Source: Myxococcota bacterium (GTDB lineage Bacteria > Myxococcota_A > UBA9160 > UBA4427). From it: DNA of 64,000 bases. Positions 9,270 through 17,374 of this stretch are shown in pieces. Within the stretch, counting starts at the first letter, position 1. Each line of letters opens with the position of its first letter. The stretch covers positions 8,496 to 72,495 of the forward strand of contig JAPKBZ010000007.1 of NCBI GenBank assembly GCA_028823175.1, in the 5' to 3' direction. The notes under the pieces are model-generated. The model saw only the letters and a program-made list of their open reading frames with translations. It made no database searches and was not told the DNA's origin. The position numbers and the translations under genes are program-made.

Positions 9270-11288
9270 ATGGCATCGGAGACCGGGGTTCCGAGAAGCC
9301 GCGGGCAGGCCCGACAGGGCCTGATCGGATTGCTCTTGCTCGGATTGATCGGCGCTGGCACGGCCTGCCAGGAGTCTGCGGTCGCCGTGCTCGAGCCCGG
9401 TCCGACGTCAGACTGGCCCCACTACGGCGGCGATGTTGGCGGGACCCGCTATTCACCCCTGACCCAACTCGATCCCGCGAATGTGGAGCACCTCGAGGTC
9501 GCCTGGACCTATCACACGGGGGACGTGCTCGCGAGCAACGAACTCGGTCTGGGCACCAGTTTTCAGAACACGCCGATCCTGGTCGGCGATACCCTCTATC
9601 TCTGTTCGCCGCGAAACAAGGCCATCGCCCTGAATGCCGAGACCGGCGAGGAGCGCTGGGTCTTTGACGCCGAGGTCGATACCAAGGGCGTCATGCTTCT
9701 CCTTTGCCGAGGAGTCTCGTATTGGCGCGATCCCCAGGCCAGCCCCGGTTCCCTTTGCGCCGAGCGGATCTTCATGGGGACCCTCGACGCGCGGATGATC
9801 GCTCTGGACGCCGCGACTGGGCGGCCCTGCCCCGAGTTTGGCGAGGGTGGGGAAATCGACCTGAGCCAGGGTATTGGTCATCGCTACCCCGGAGAGTATG
9901 CGGTGACCTCGCCGCCCTTGATCCTCGGGGATCTGTTGGTGACGGGCGCAATGGTGCTCGACAATGTCCGGGTCGATGCACCCGGTGGCGTCGTTCGTGC
10001 CTACGGCCTTCGGACAGGCGAACTGCGCTGGAGTTGGGACCCCCTGCCTCCGGGACGCGAATACGTCGAAGGGATCGACGCGTCGGGGGAAACGGTTCGC
10101 TACCAGCGGGGAACCACTAATTCCTGGTCGATCTTGTCGGGGGATGCCGAGCGCGGGCTCGTCTACGTGCCGACGGGCAATACCGCCCCCGATTATTTCG
10201 GCGCCCAGCGGGACGGCCTCGACTACTACTCGAGTTCCATCGTTGCTCTCTCTCTGGAATCGGGCGAGCCGGTCTGGAATTTTCAGACCGTCCACCACGA
10301 CGTTTGGGACTACGATGTGCCCGCCCAGCCCGCTTTGTTCGATTTTCCCGGTCCGTCGGGTCCGATCCCGGCGGTTGCCCAGAGCACCAAGCTCGGACAC
10401 GTTTTCTTGCTGAACCGTGAGAACGGGCAGCCTCTTTTTCCCGTGGAGGAAAGGTCGGTTCCCCGGGATGGGGTGAAGGGTGAAACCCTTTTTCCCACTC
10501 AACCCTTTCCCACACGGCCGGCCTCGCTCCATCCCAATCGCTTGACCAGCGAGGATGCCTGGGGGATCACACCCCTGGACCGCTGGGATTGTCGGAGGAA
10601 GATCGAATCTCTTCGCTACGAGGGCCCCTTCACGCCGCCCAGCGTCGAGGGCTGGATCGGCTACCCGAGCTATTTCGGCGGAGGGAATTGGGGCAGCATG
10701 GCTGTGGATCGCGGGCGGGGCCTGTTGATCACGAACACGAGCCGGATGGCGTCGGTTCTGCGGCTGATTCCCCGAGAAAAATTCCTCGAGACGATGAAGG
10801 CCGCCGCCGAAAAGGGGGAGGTGCCTCCGCTCTGGGAGCCTCAGGAGGGCACGCCCTACGCGATGACCCGGGATTTCCTCGTCTCATTCCTGGGCCTGCC
10901 CTGCAGCCCTCCGCCTTGGGGCACCCTGGTGGCCATCGATCTCGCGACGGGTGAATTGCGCTGGGAGGTGCCCCTGGGTACGACCGAGGACCTCGCTCCT
11001 TTTTCCATCGGCTTGCCCCTGGGCGTTCCGAACCAGGGGGGTCCCATCGTGACCGCCTCGGGCCTTGTTTTTATCGCCGCGGCGATGGACGATTACCTGC
11101 GGGCCTTCGATGTGCTTTCGGGTGAGGAACTCTGGCGGGGGCGGCTACCGGCCGGCGGGCAAGCGACGCCGCTGACCTATCGCGTGGGGCCGGAGAGCAA
11201 GCAATTCGTCGTCGTTGCGGCCGGCGGGCATGCCCTGATGGGAACCACTTCGGGCGACGCCGTCGTCGCTTTTGCTCTGCCGGACTGA
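9270..11288 (+). CDS. PQQ-dependent dehydrogenase (glucose/quinate/shikimate family beta-propeller), lipoprotein form
   Basis: Motifs DWPHYGGDVGGTRYSPL, DHDVWDYD and W-docking-like repeats. N-terminus LIGLLLLGLIGAGTAC (lipobox). ATG 9270 has an adjacent GAGGA. The ORF is open from 9222. Confidence 0.85.
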   Translation: MASETGVPRSRGQARQGLIGLLLLGLIGAGTACQESAVAVLEPGPTSDWPHYGGDVGGTRYSPLTQLDPANVEHLEVAWTYHTGDVLASNELGLGTSFQNTPILVGDTLYLCSPRNKAIALNAETGEERWVFDAEVDTKGVMLLLCRGVSYWRDPQASPGSLCAERIFMGTLDARMIALDAATGRPCPEFGEGGEIDLSQGIGHRYPGEYAVTSPPLILGDLLVTGAMVLDNVRVDAPGGVVRAYGLRTGELRWSWDPLPPGREYVEGIDASGETVRYQRGTTNSWSILSGDAERGLVYVPTGNTAPDYFGAQRDGLDYYSSSIVALSLESGEPVWNFQTVHHDVWDYDVPAQPALFDFPGPSGPIPAVAQSTKLGHVFLLNRENGQPLFPVEERSVPRDGVKGETLFPTQPFPTRPASLHPNRLTSEDAWGITPLDRWDCRRKIESLRYEGPFTPPSVEGWIGYPSYFGGGNWGSMAVDRGRGLLITNTSRMASVLRLIPREKFLETMKAAAEKGEVPPLWEPQEGTPYAMTRDFLVSFLGLPCSPPPWGTLVAIDLATGELRWEVPLGTTEDLAPFSIGLPLGVPNQGGPIVTASGLVFIAAAMDDYLRAFDVLSGEELWRGRLPAGGQATPLTYRVGPESKQFVVVAAGGHALMGTTSGDAVVAFALPD

Positions 11289-11324
11289 CCCTTCGAACGC
11301 TCGCCTGCCTGTCGGGCGAGGGAG

Positions 11325-12296
11325 ATGGGCGAGGAGATTCAAAGCTTGGCGCAGCGCAAGACTAGAAAAATGCGGAAGGGCGGTGGCAAGTCGACCCGAG
11401 AGGGGGGCACTCTTGCCCAGCGCGCGCGCCAACGCGTATCCGAAAGCACTCTTAAAGCGGCCAAGGCATCCCTTGCCCGGGCGAGGAATATCGGTGATGG
11501 CGCGCGGCGGGTGATTCATCCCGACAGCTTGGGGACTCCCCACATCTCCTTGATCCGGGCCCCGGACAAACCCTTCCGCCGCTCAAGAAATGAAAATTTG
11601 ATCCGGGTGGCGAGCTACAACGTGCATCGCTGGGCGGGAGTCAACGGCCGCGGAAAACCGAATTTTGATCGGGCAGCGGATGTCATCGCCGATTTGGATG
11701 CAGACGTGATCGCGCTTCAGGAGGTGCTGCGCCCATTTGAAACGACCTACGGCCTCGAAGAGTTTGCTCAGGAGCTTGGCCTTCACGTCGCTTTCGCCTC
11801 CAATCGGGTGCATAGGCGCGGTGAGTTGGGAAACGCGATTCTTTCGCGATTCCCGATCACATCGGTCTCGGTGCTTGACCTCTTCTCTTCGCGGATAGAG
11901 AGACGCTGCGCTCTGGCCGCGGGTGTGAACACCGGTTCGGGTATTTTCGGCGTCGTGGCGACCCACTTGTCGCTGGTGGATCGAACGCGTCATCGTCAGG
12001 TCGAGATGCTGCTTGAGCACCCCCAGTGGAATGCTGGGCCGGCTGTACTGGTGGGCGACATGAACGCGTGGCGAGATTGCAAGGCTTCCCGAAATCTCGA
12101 GGATACGCTCCATCGCCACAACAACGTCGACTGGCCGCCGACCTTTCCCTCGTCGCGTCCGATCCTGGCGCTGGACAGAATCTATGCCAGTGGGGCGAAG
12201 GTGGTCTCGGTCAAGGCCTACATAAGCCAGGCCGCCCGGCGTGCGTCCGACCACCTGCCGGTGGTGGCCAACATCCGGATCGGCTCGGGAACATGA
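11325..12296 (+). CDS. Endonuclease/exonuclease/phosphatase (EEP) family protein with a basic N-terminal extension
   Basis: Motifs IRVASYNVH..., DADVIALQEV, GDMNAW and ASDHLPV. The first ~60 aa are K/R-rich. Confidence 0.8.
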   Translation: MGEEIQSLAQRKTRKMRKGGGKSTREGGTLAQRARQRVSESTLKAAKASLARARNIGDGARRVIHPDSLGTPHISLIRAPDKPFRRSRNENLIRVASYNVHRWAGVNGRGKPNFDRAADVIADLDADVIALQEVLRPFETTYGLEEFAQELGLHVAFASNRVHRRGELGNAILSRFPITSVSVLDLFSSRIERRCALAAGVNTGSGIFGVVATHLSLVDRTRHRQVEMLLEHPQWNAGPAVLVGDMNAWRDCKASRNLEDTLHRHNNVDWPPTFPSSRPILALDRIYASGAKVVSVKAYISQAARRASDHLPVVANIRIGSGT

Positions 12297-12327
12297 TTGG
12301 CTCCGCCCGGCGTGACGGGGGATGGGA

Positions 12328-13758
12328 TCAGATTCGGATTTTGCGCCACGCGCCCGACCGGAAGCGCCAGATCAGGTAACCGCTGAGTAGGAAAACGTGG
12401 ACCGCTCCGGCGAGCCAGGCCGCGATGAGGCCGCCCTCGAGGTAGAAACCCAAGAACCAGGCCAGGGGCAGGAAAAACCCCCAGGACAGAAAGAAGCGGG
12501 CGATGAAGGGCACCCGGGTGTCTCCAGCTCCGTGCAGGGCTCCGTCCGCGACAATTCCGAACGCATCGAAGAATTGGAAGATGGCTCCGACAAGGAGAAG
12601 CGCAGTCCCCTGCTCGATCACTTCGGGGTTATCCGTGAAGATTCGTATGAGCTGCTGGGGGAAGAGAAAAAAGAGCAGGGCGAGAGAACCGGCGATCAAG
12701 AGGGAGAGGAACATGCCCGACCGAAACGATTTTTCGGCGTGGTCCAGATCGTGAGAGCCGATATAGCGGCCCACTAGGGTGGCCACTCCAATGCCCAGCC
12801 CTGAGGCTTGCATGAAGGAAAGCGCGAGCAGGGCGAGGAACGCCTGGCTTGCGGCCAGGGCGATCTCTCCCAACTGGGCGACTAGGACCAGGAAAAACGC
12901 GAAAGAGAGCATCTCGAGGAGCCATTGGCCGCCGATGGGTGCTCCGGTGCGAATCAGGCGACGCTGATCCTTCCAGGACAGGGTGATGGTGCTGGTACCG
13001 TATAGCCTGCGAAGCTTGGGGCGCAGGAAGGCCGCGAGCATGACGAACCCGAGGGCCCATTCCGAAATGACGGTCGCGACCGCCGCCCCATCGATGCCCC
13101 ATTCGGGCAAGCCGAGTTTTCCGAAGATCAGACCGTAATCAAGGATGACATTGAGCCCGTTGGCGAAAAGTGCGACGTAAAGGGGCGTTCGCGTATCGCT
13201 GATGCCTCGAAAAAACGAGGAAATCACCATCGCGACGATCATGCCGACGACCCCGAAAGTGCGGATCGACATGTAGCGGACGGCGATGGGTGTCATGGAG
13301 TCCGAATCGAGAAGAAGCCCGATCATCGGCGCCAAAGCGATGGAGCAGAGAAGCGCCGAGAGGGCGGTGATCGGGATCAGGAGAAAGAGGCCATGCCAGG
13401 CCCAGGCGCCGCATTGGCTGTTTCGTCCGGCCCCCTGCTCCTGGGCGACGAATGTTTGGACGCCGGTGGCCAGTCCGATGAAGAAACAGAAAATTGTCCA
13501 AATCCAGTTTCCCCCGAAACCCACGCCAGCAAGTTCGGTGGCCCCAAGCCGTCCCACCATGGCGCTGTCGACCACGCCCATCAGGGCGCCCGAGAGTTGG
13601 GTAAGGATCGCGGGGTAGGCGAGGAGGGAGACCTCTCTCAGCCCGCCCGGGGGAGCCTGCTGGTCCGCGGGCCGATTGTGGATCCGCTCGTCTTGGGCCC
13701 GGGCTTCCTCCTCGGCTTGGGGACGATCGCGAGTCGGGGGTTCGAGAGAGAGGCTCAA
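12328..13758 (-). CDS. MATE family efflux transporter
   Basis: About 12 hydrophobic segments with a MATE-like N-terminus (LLAYPAILTQLSGALMGVVDSAMVGRLG). Confidence 0.85.
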   Translation of the reverse strand: MSLSLEPPTRDRPQAEEEARAQDERIHNRPADQQAPPGGLREVSLLAYPAILTQLSGALMGVVDSAMVGRLGATELAGVGFGGNWIWTIFCFFIGLATGVQTFVAQEQGAGRNSQCGAWAWHGLFLLIPITALSALLCSIALAPMIGLLLDSDSMTPIAVRYMSIRTFGVVGMIVAMVISSFFRGISDTRTPLYVALFANGLNVILDYGLIFGKLGLPEWGIDGAAVATVISEWALGFVMLAAFLRPKLRRLYGTSTITLSWKDQRRLIRTGAPIGGQWLLEMLSFAFFLVLVAQLGEIALAASQAFLALLALSFMQASGLGIGVATLVGRYIGSHDLDHAEKSFRSGMFLSLLIAGSLALLFFLFPQQLIRIFTDNPEVIEQGTALLLVGAIFQFFDAFGIVADGALHGAGDTRVPFIARFFLSWGFFLPLAWFLGFYLEGGLIAAWLAGAVHVFLLSGYLIWRFRSGAWRKIRI

Positions 13759-13908
13759 CGGAAGACTCCGGCGGGTTCGAGGGGGTGAACGGGAGCGGCT
13801 GGGGAATGGGCTGGCAATCCCTGGACCCTCCTGCCGGCGGGCGGGAATGTAGCAGGCGAGTGTCCGTACCGGTCTGCGGCGCGACAGGGCCTGCTAGACT
13901 CTTTCGCG

Positions 13909-14364
13909 ATGACCCATGACATCGAGCAAAAAGCGCTGGCCCGATACTTGGAAGCCCACGGGCTCAAGCAGACGAGGCAGAGGGAAGTCATCCTCGAGGC
14001 CTTTCTGGAAGCCGGCGGTCACCTGACTGGGGAGGATCTCTACCAGTTGATTCGGGAGGAATACCCGAAGATCGGTTACACGACGGTTTATCGTACGCTC
14101 AAGCTCTTTGTCGAGGCCGAGATCGCCGAGGAGCGACGTTTCGACGATGGAGTTGCGCGCTACGAGATCGAGCACAAGCACCATGATCACCTTGTCTGCT
14201 TGCTCTGCGGCAAGATCTTCGAGTTCGAGTCGTCGGTGATCGAGCAGGCGCAGCGTGAGGTCGCCGACGGGCTCGGCTTCGTCATTCACCGCCACCGGCA
14301 CGAGCTCTACGGTCATTGTGAGGAGTGCCGCCAGAAGAAAGACGATCCGGCGCCGGGCGACTGA
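13909..14364 (+). CDS. fur: Fur family transcriptional regulator
   Basis: Winged-helix TVYRTLKLFVEAEI, HHDHLVCLLCGKIFEF and C-terminal HCEEC metal sites. Confidence 0.85.
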   Translation: MTHDIEQKALARYLEAHGLKQTRQREVILEAFLEAGGHLTGEDLYQLIREEYPKIGYTTVYRTLKLFVEAEIAEERRFDDGVARYEIEHKHHDHLVCLLCGKIFEFESSVIEQAQREVADGLGFVIHRHRHELYGHCEECRQKKDDPAPGD

Positions 14365-14522
14365 TGGCCCGAGATCCGGCCTGCCCGGTTTGCGAAGTGG
14401 ATGTCCCCCTGGCGGGGGATGAGCGAGTGGGGGACGAGGTCTTTTGCGGCGCCTGCGGCGCTCCCCTCAAGCTTGCCAAGGGTGACAGGGAGGAAGACAT
14501 GGAGGCGGAGGAGGACTTCTAG
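14364..14522 (+). CDS. LysW-like zinc-ribbon miniprotein with an acidic C-terminal tail (52 aa)
   Basis: Its ATG overlaps the fur stop (TGATG, 14362-14366). Sequence [52 protein letters not shown] has two CxxC pairs plus an acidic tail. The in-frame ORF is open from 14325. Confidence 0.55.
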   Translation: MARDPACPVCEVDVPLAGDERVGDEVFCGACGAPLKLAKGDREEDMEAEEDF

Positions 14523-15073
14523 CCCTCCCAGTCGGGTAAACGATCCATCGCTTCGGCAAGGGTCATGGCCGCCCCGTCTTTTTTCGAGAGAGTCGGCTCG
14601 CTGAGGGGCCAGGGAAGGGCCAGTTCCGGGTCGTTCCAGGCGATGGAGAGCTGACCTCCGGGATCGTAGAAAGCGCTGCACTTGTACTCGACCTCGGCCT
14701 CGTCGCTGAGGACGGCGAAGCCGTGGGCGAGGCCGGCGGCGATATAGAGTTGGCGGTGGGTTTCGGCGGAGAGTTCCACCCCGAAATGCTGGCCAAAGGT
14801 CGGTGAGCCCTTTCGGACATCGACGGCGACGTCCCAAATTTTCCCGCGCAGAACCCTGACGAGTTTGGCCTGGGGACGGCGAACCTGGAGGTGGAGCCCG
14901 CGGAGCGTGCCCCGCCCGGAGAGGGAGTGGTTGTCCTGGACAAAGGACCCAGCGATGCCGGCCTCCTTATACCTCTCGGCGTGATAGCTCTCGAGCAAGA
15001 ACCCCCTGGCATCCCGGTGGACTTCGGGCTCGATCAGAATGACCCCTGGGATGTTCTGAGCCAAGCTCTTCAA
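14519..15073 (-). CDS. rfbC: dTDP-4-dehydrorhamnose 3,5-epimerase
   Basis: Motifs [23 protein letters not shown] and FYDPGG. Overlaps rfbA by 4 bp. Confidence 0.9.
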   Translation of the reverse strand: MKSLAQNIPGVILIEPEVHRDARGFLLESYHAERYKEAGIAGSFVQDNHSLSGRGTLRGLHLQVRRPQAKLVRVLRGKIWDVAVDVRKGSPTFGQHFGVELSAETHRQLYIAAGLAHGFAVLSDEAEVEYKCSAFYDPGGQLSIAWNDPELALPWPLSEPTLSKKDGAAMTLAEAMDRLPDWEG

Positions 15074-15954
15074 GGATTGACCCCGCCTTCTTCATCCGCC
15101 AACTGAATCAGGTAGGTCCCGTAGCTATTGGATTTCATCTGGGTCCCGATTGCCCTCAATTGCCCGGTGTCGAGCCAGCCCCGGCGCCAGGCAATTTCCT
15201 CGATACAGGCCACCTTGAGCCCCTGCCTCTCCTGGATGGCCTGGATATAACTCGAGGCCTGTTGGAGCGATTCATGGGTTCCCGTATCGAGCCAGGCGAT
15301 GCCTCGGCCGAGCAATTCTACGCGCAAGGTGTTTCGCTGGAGATAGGCCAGGTTGAGATCGGTGATCTCCAACTCGCCCCGGGGAGAGGGCCGCAACTTC
15401 GAGGCGATCTCGACGACGTCGTTGTCGTAGAAGTAGAGGCCGGTGACCGCCCAGTGGGAGCGAGGTTTTTCGGGTTTCTCTTCGATGCTCACGGCCTGGC
15501 CCTCGGCATCGAAGCTCACCACGCCGTAGCGTTCGGGGTCGCTGACCCGGTAGCCGAAGACCGTCGCGCCGTCCTTCTGGGTCACAGCTCGGCCGAGGGA
15601 TTCGGCCATCCCCTGCCCGTAAAAGATGTTGTCGCCCAGGGCCAGGGCCACGGGATCACCGCCGATGAAATCAGCCCCGATCAGGAAGGCCTGGGCCAGC
15701 CCCTCCGGGCGTGGCTGCACGGCGTATTGGATACTGATCCCGAGCGTCTGGCCATCTCCGAGGACGCGTTGAAAAGCCCCTTGATCGTGGGGTGTGGTGA
15801 TGATCAGGATGTCGCGAATTCCCGCCAGCATGAGAGTCGACAGCGGGTGGTAGATCATTGGCTTGTCGTAGACGGGCAGCAGTTGTTTGCTGACGCCCAT
15901 CGTGATGGGATAGAGCCGGGTTCCGGAACCCCCGGCCAGGATGATCCCCTTCAT
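15070..15954 (-). CDS. rfbA: Glucose-1-phosphate thymidylyltransferase
   Basis: Motifs [35 protein letters not shown] and LGDNIFYG. Confidence 0.92.
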   Translation of the reverse strand: MKGIILAGGSGTRLYPITMGVSKQLLPVYDKPMIYHPLSTLMLAGIRDILIITTPHDQGAFQRVLGDGQTLGISIQYAVQPRPEGLAQAFLIGADFIGGDPVALALGDNIFYGQGMAESLGRAVTQKDGATVFGYRVSDPERYGVVSFDAEGQAVSIEEKPEKPRSHWAVTGLYFYDNDVVEIASKLRPSPRGELEITDLNLAYLQRNTLRVELLGRGIAWLDTGTHESLQQASSYIQAIQERQGLKVACIEEIAWRRGWLDTGQLRAIGTQMKSNSYGTYLIQLADEEGGVNP

Positions 15955-16034
15955 GTGCAGCTACTCCTGGAGTCTTGGGACGACTTCGTCGTGTAGGGCA
16001 CAGTATTCGCCCCTGCCGATAGTAGGTCATCTCG

Positions 16035-17354
16035 CTAGGGGAGAAAGTCTTTGACCTTCTTGAGTTTCGCCGGGAGGTATTCGTCCATCACGTAGTTGAG
16101 CCCCCACATGGCCAGGGATTGTTGCTCGGCGCGAACGCCCATAGAGATCAGTTGTTCGATGGCCTTCTTCCAGGGCTTGTGGGCCTTGAAGAAGGGATCG
16201 TTCTTGAGGGCGTCCTTCGCGCGCTTGATGTCGACGTCGAGCAGGGGATGAGTCGGCAGCTCGTAATCGATGATGTCCTGGGGTGTCACCCCCAGGTAGT
16301 GAGTTTGGGGGACTGAAAAGAATTGCGAGATATGCGCTGCGTTCCCCGAACCCACTTTCAAAGTTCGGTAGATATTTGAGAAGCCATAGGGGTCGCAGTC
16401 AACGAAGGCAAAGACGGCGAGCTTGCACTCATCCGAGAGCTTGCGGATGAAGCGGCGCGTCGACCGGGTCGGGACGCCCGCCAGGGAAACCAGAATGCAG
16501 TTCTCGCGTTGCCAGAACTTGTGGCTCTGAAGCCTCTGGAAGATGCCGCCGGTTTCGATGGCGAGAATGAACTTGGCCTTGGTTTCGAAAGAGAGGTGTT
16601 CCACCGTCGAGGGAATCGAGTAGGCACCGGAGCCGAAGCGGGTACAGTCGATGCGCTCGACCTGCCCGGTCTCTATATCGGGATCGATTACGGTGAGTTG
16701 GCCTGCGACGGCGCCGCCGTGTTCGTCGGGGACATATCGGAGTTGCTCTCGCGAGACGCCCTGCATGGAAAACATGGCTTCGATGTCGTCCATCACGGTG
16801 TCGGATTCCGTTTGGTCGTCAAATTTCGCGGATTCCCAATTCTTGCTCTGGTAGTAGGCGTCTCGCTTGGTGGCGAAGTCGTTGGCTTCGATGAGGTCCT
16901 TCGAGAGTCCCATCAGGCGCAGGGTCTGGGCAAAGCCTCGGACTGTATTCACCGTTAGGGTTCGGGTCTTGGTCTGCTTTCCAATCTCGAAGTAGCCCTT
17001 CTTGGCAGAGTACGAAACATTGCCCAGGGACCGAATCGGGAATTTCAGATCGGGCTTGCGCGTTTTGAGGATTTCGGTCCTGATTGCCTCGGCGGTGCCG
17101 ACAATCAGGTTGACAGTCTTGGTGTCTCGATTCCCCCCCCGCGCTGCCTTCCGTCCTCGCGAAGCGGCGGCAGCCTTCTTTCGGCTCCCCTTTTTTCTTG
17201 AAGCCTTCTTCTTGCGGGCAGCCTTCTTAGCCGCCCCTTTTTTACTCGCAGCCTTCTTGCGCACCGCCGCCTTTCGCGGTGCGGCGGATTTTTTCTTTCG
17301 CGCCGCTTTCTTTGCGCCCAATTTCCGGGCCCCGGCTTTGCGTCGAGCAGTCAT
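16035..17354 (-). CDS. top6A: DNA topoisomerase VI subunit A (Spo11-like) with a Lys/Ala-rich N-terminal tail
   Basis: 5Y-CAP tyrosine context KRDAYYQS. Toprim ILAIETGG and VDCDPYG. ATG 17354 is preceded by an AAGGAG-like RBS and lies 20 nt after the top6B stop. The longer ORF to 17735 overlaps top6B and is rejected. Confidence 0.85.
   Translation of the reverse strand: MTARRKAGARKLGAKKAARKKKSAAPRKAAVRKKAASKKGAAKKAARKKKASRKKGSRKKAAAASRGRKAARGGNRDTKTVNLIVGTAEAIRTEILKTRKPDLKFPIRSLGNVSYSAKKGYFEIGKQTKTRTLTVNTVRGFAQTLRLMGLSKDLIEANDFATKRDAYYQSKNWESAKFDDQTESDTVMDDIEAMFSMQGVSREQLRYVPDEHGGAVAGQLTVIDPDIETGQVERIDCTRFGSGAYSIPSTVEHLSFETKAKFILAIETGGIFQRLQSHKFWQRENCILVSLAGVPTRSTRRFIRKLSDECKLAVFAFVDCDPYGFSNIYRTLKVGSGNAAHISQFFSVPQTHYLGVTPQDIIDYELPTHPLLDVDIKRAKDALKNDPFFKAHKPWKKAIEQLISMGVRAEQQSLAMWGLNYVMDEYLPAKLKKVKDFLP
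17136..17354 (-). repeat. Low-complexity imperfect tandem repeats encoding the K/A/R tail of Topo VI-A
   Basis: Encodes MTARRKAGARKLGAKKAARKKKSAAPRKAAVRKKAASKKGAAKKAARKKKASRKKGSRKKAAAASRGRKAARGG. The plus strand reads as gccttcttc-type repeats. Confidence 0.8.
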
Positions 17355-17374
17355 CGTCTCTCCTTGGGTTCCGC

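Noticed and set aside
14364-14522. Calling the miniprotein a genuine LysW of the alpha-aminoadipate lysine pathway
   Set aside because: No LysX/Y/Z/K genes are adjacent. The C-terminus is EEDF rather than the conserved EDWGE with a terminal Glu. Only the fold-level label LysW-like is kept.
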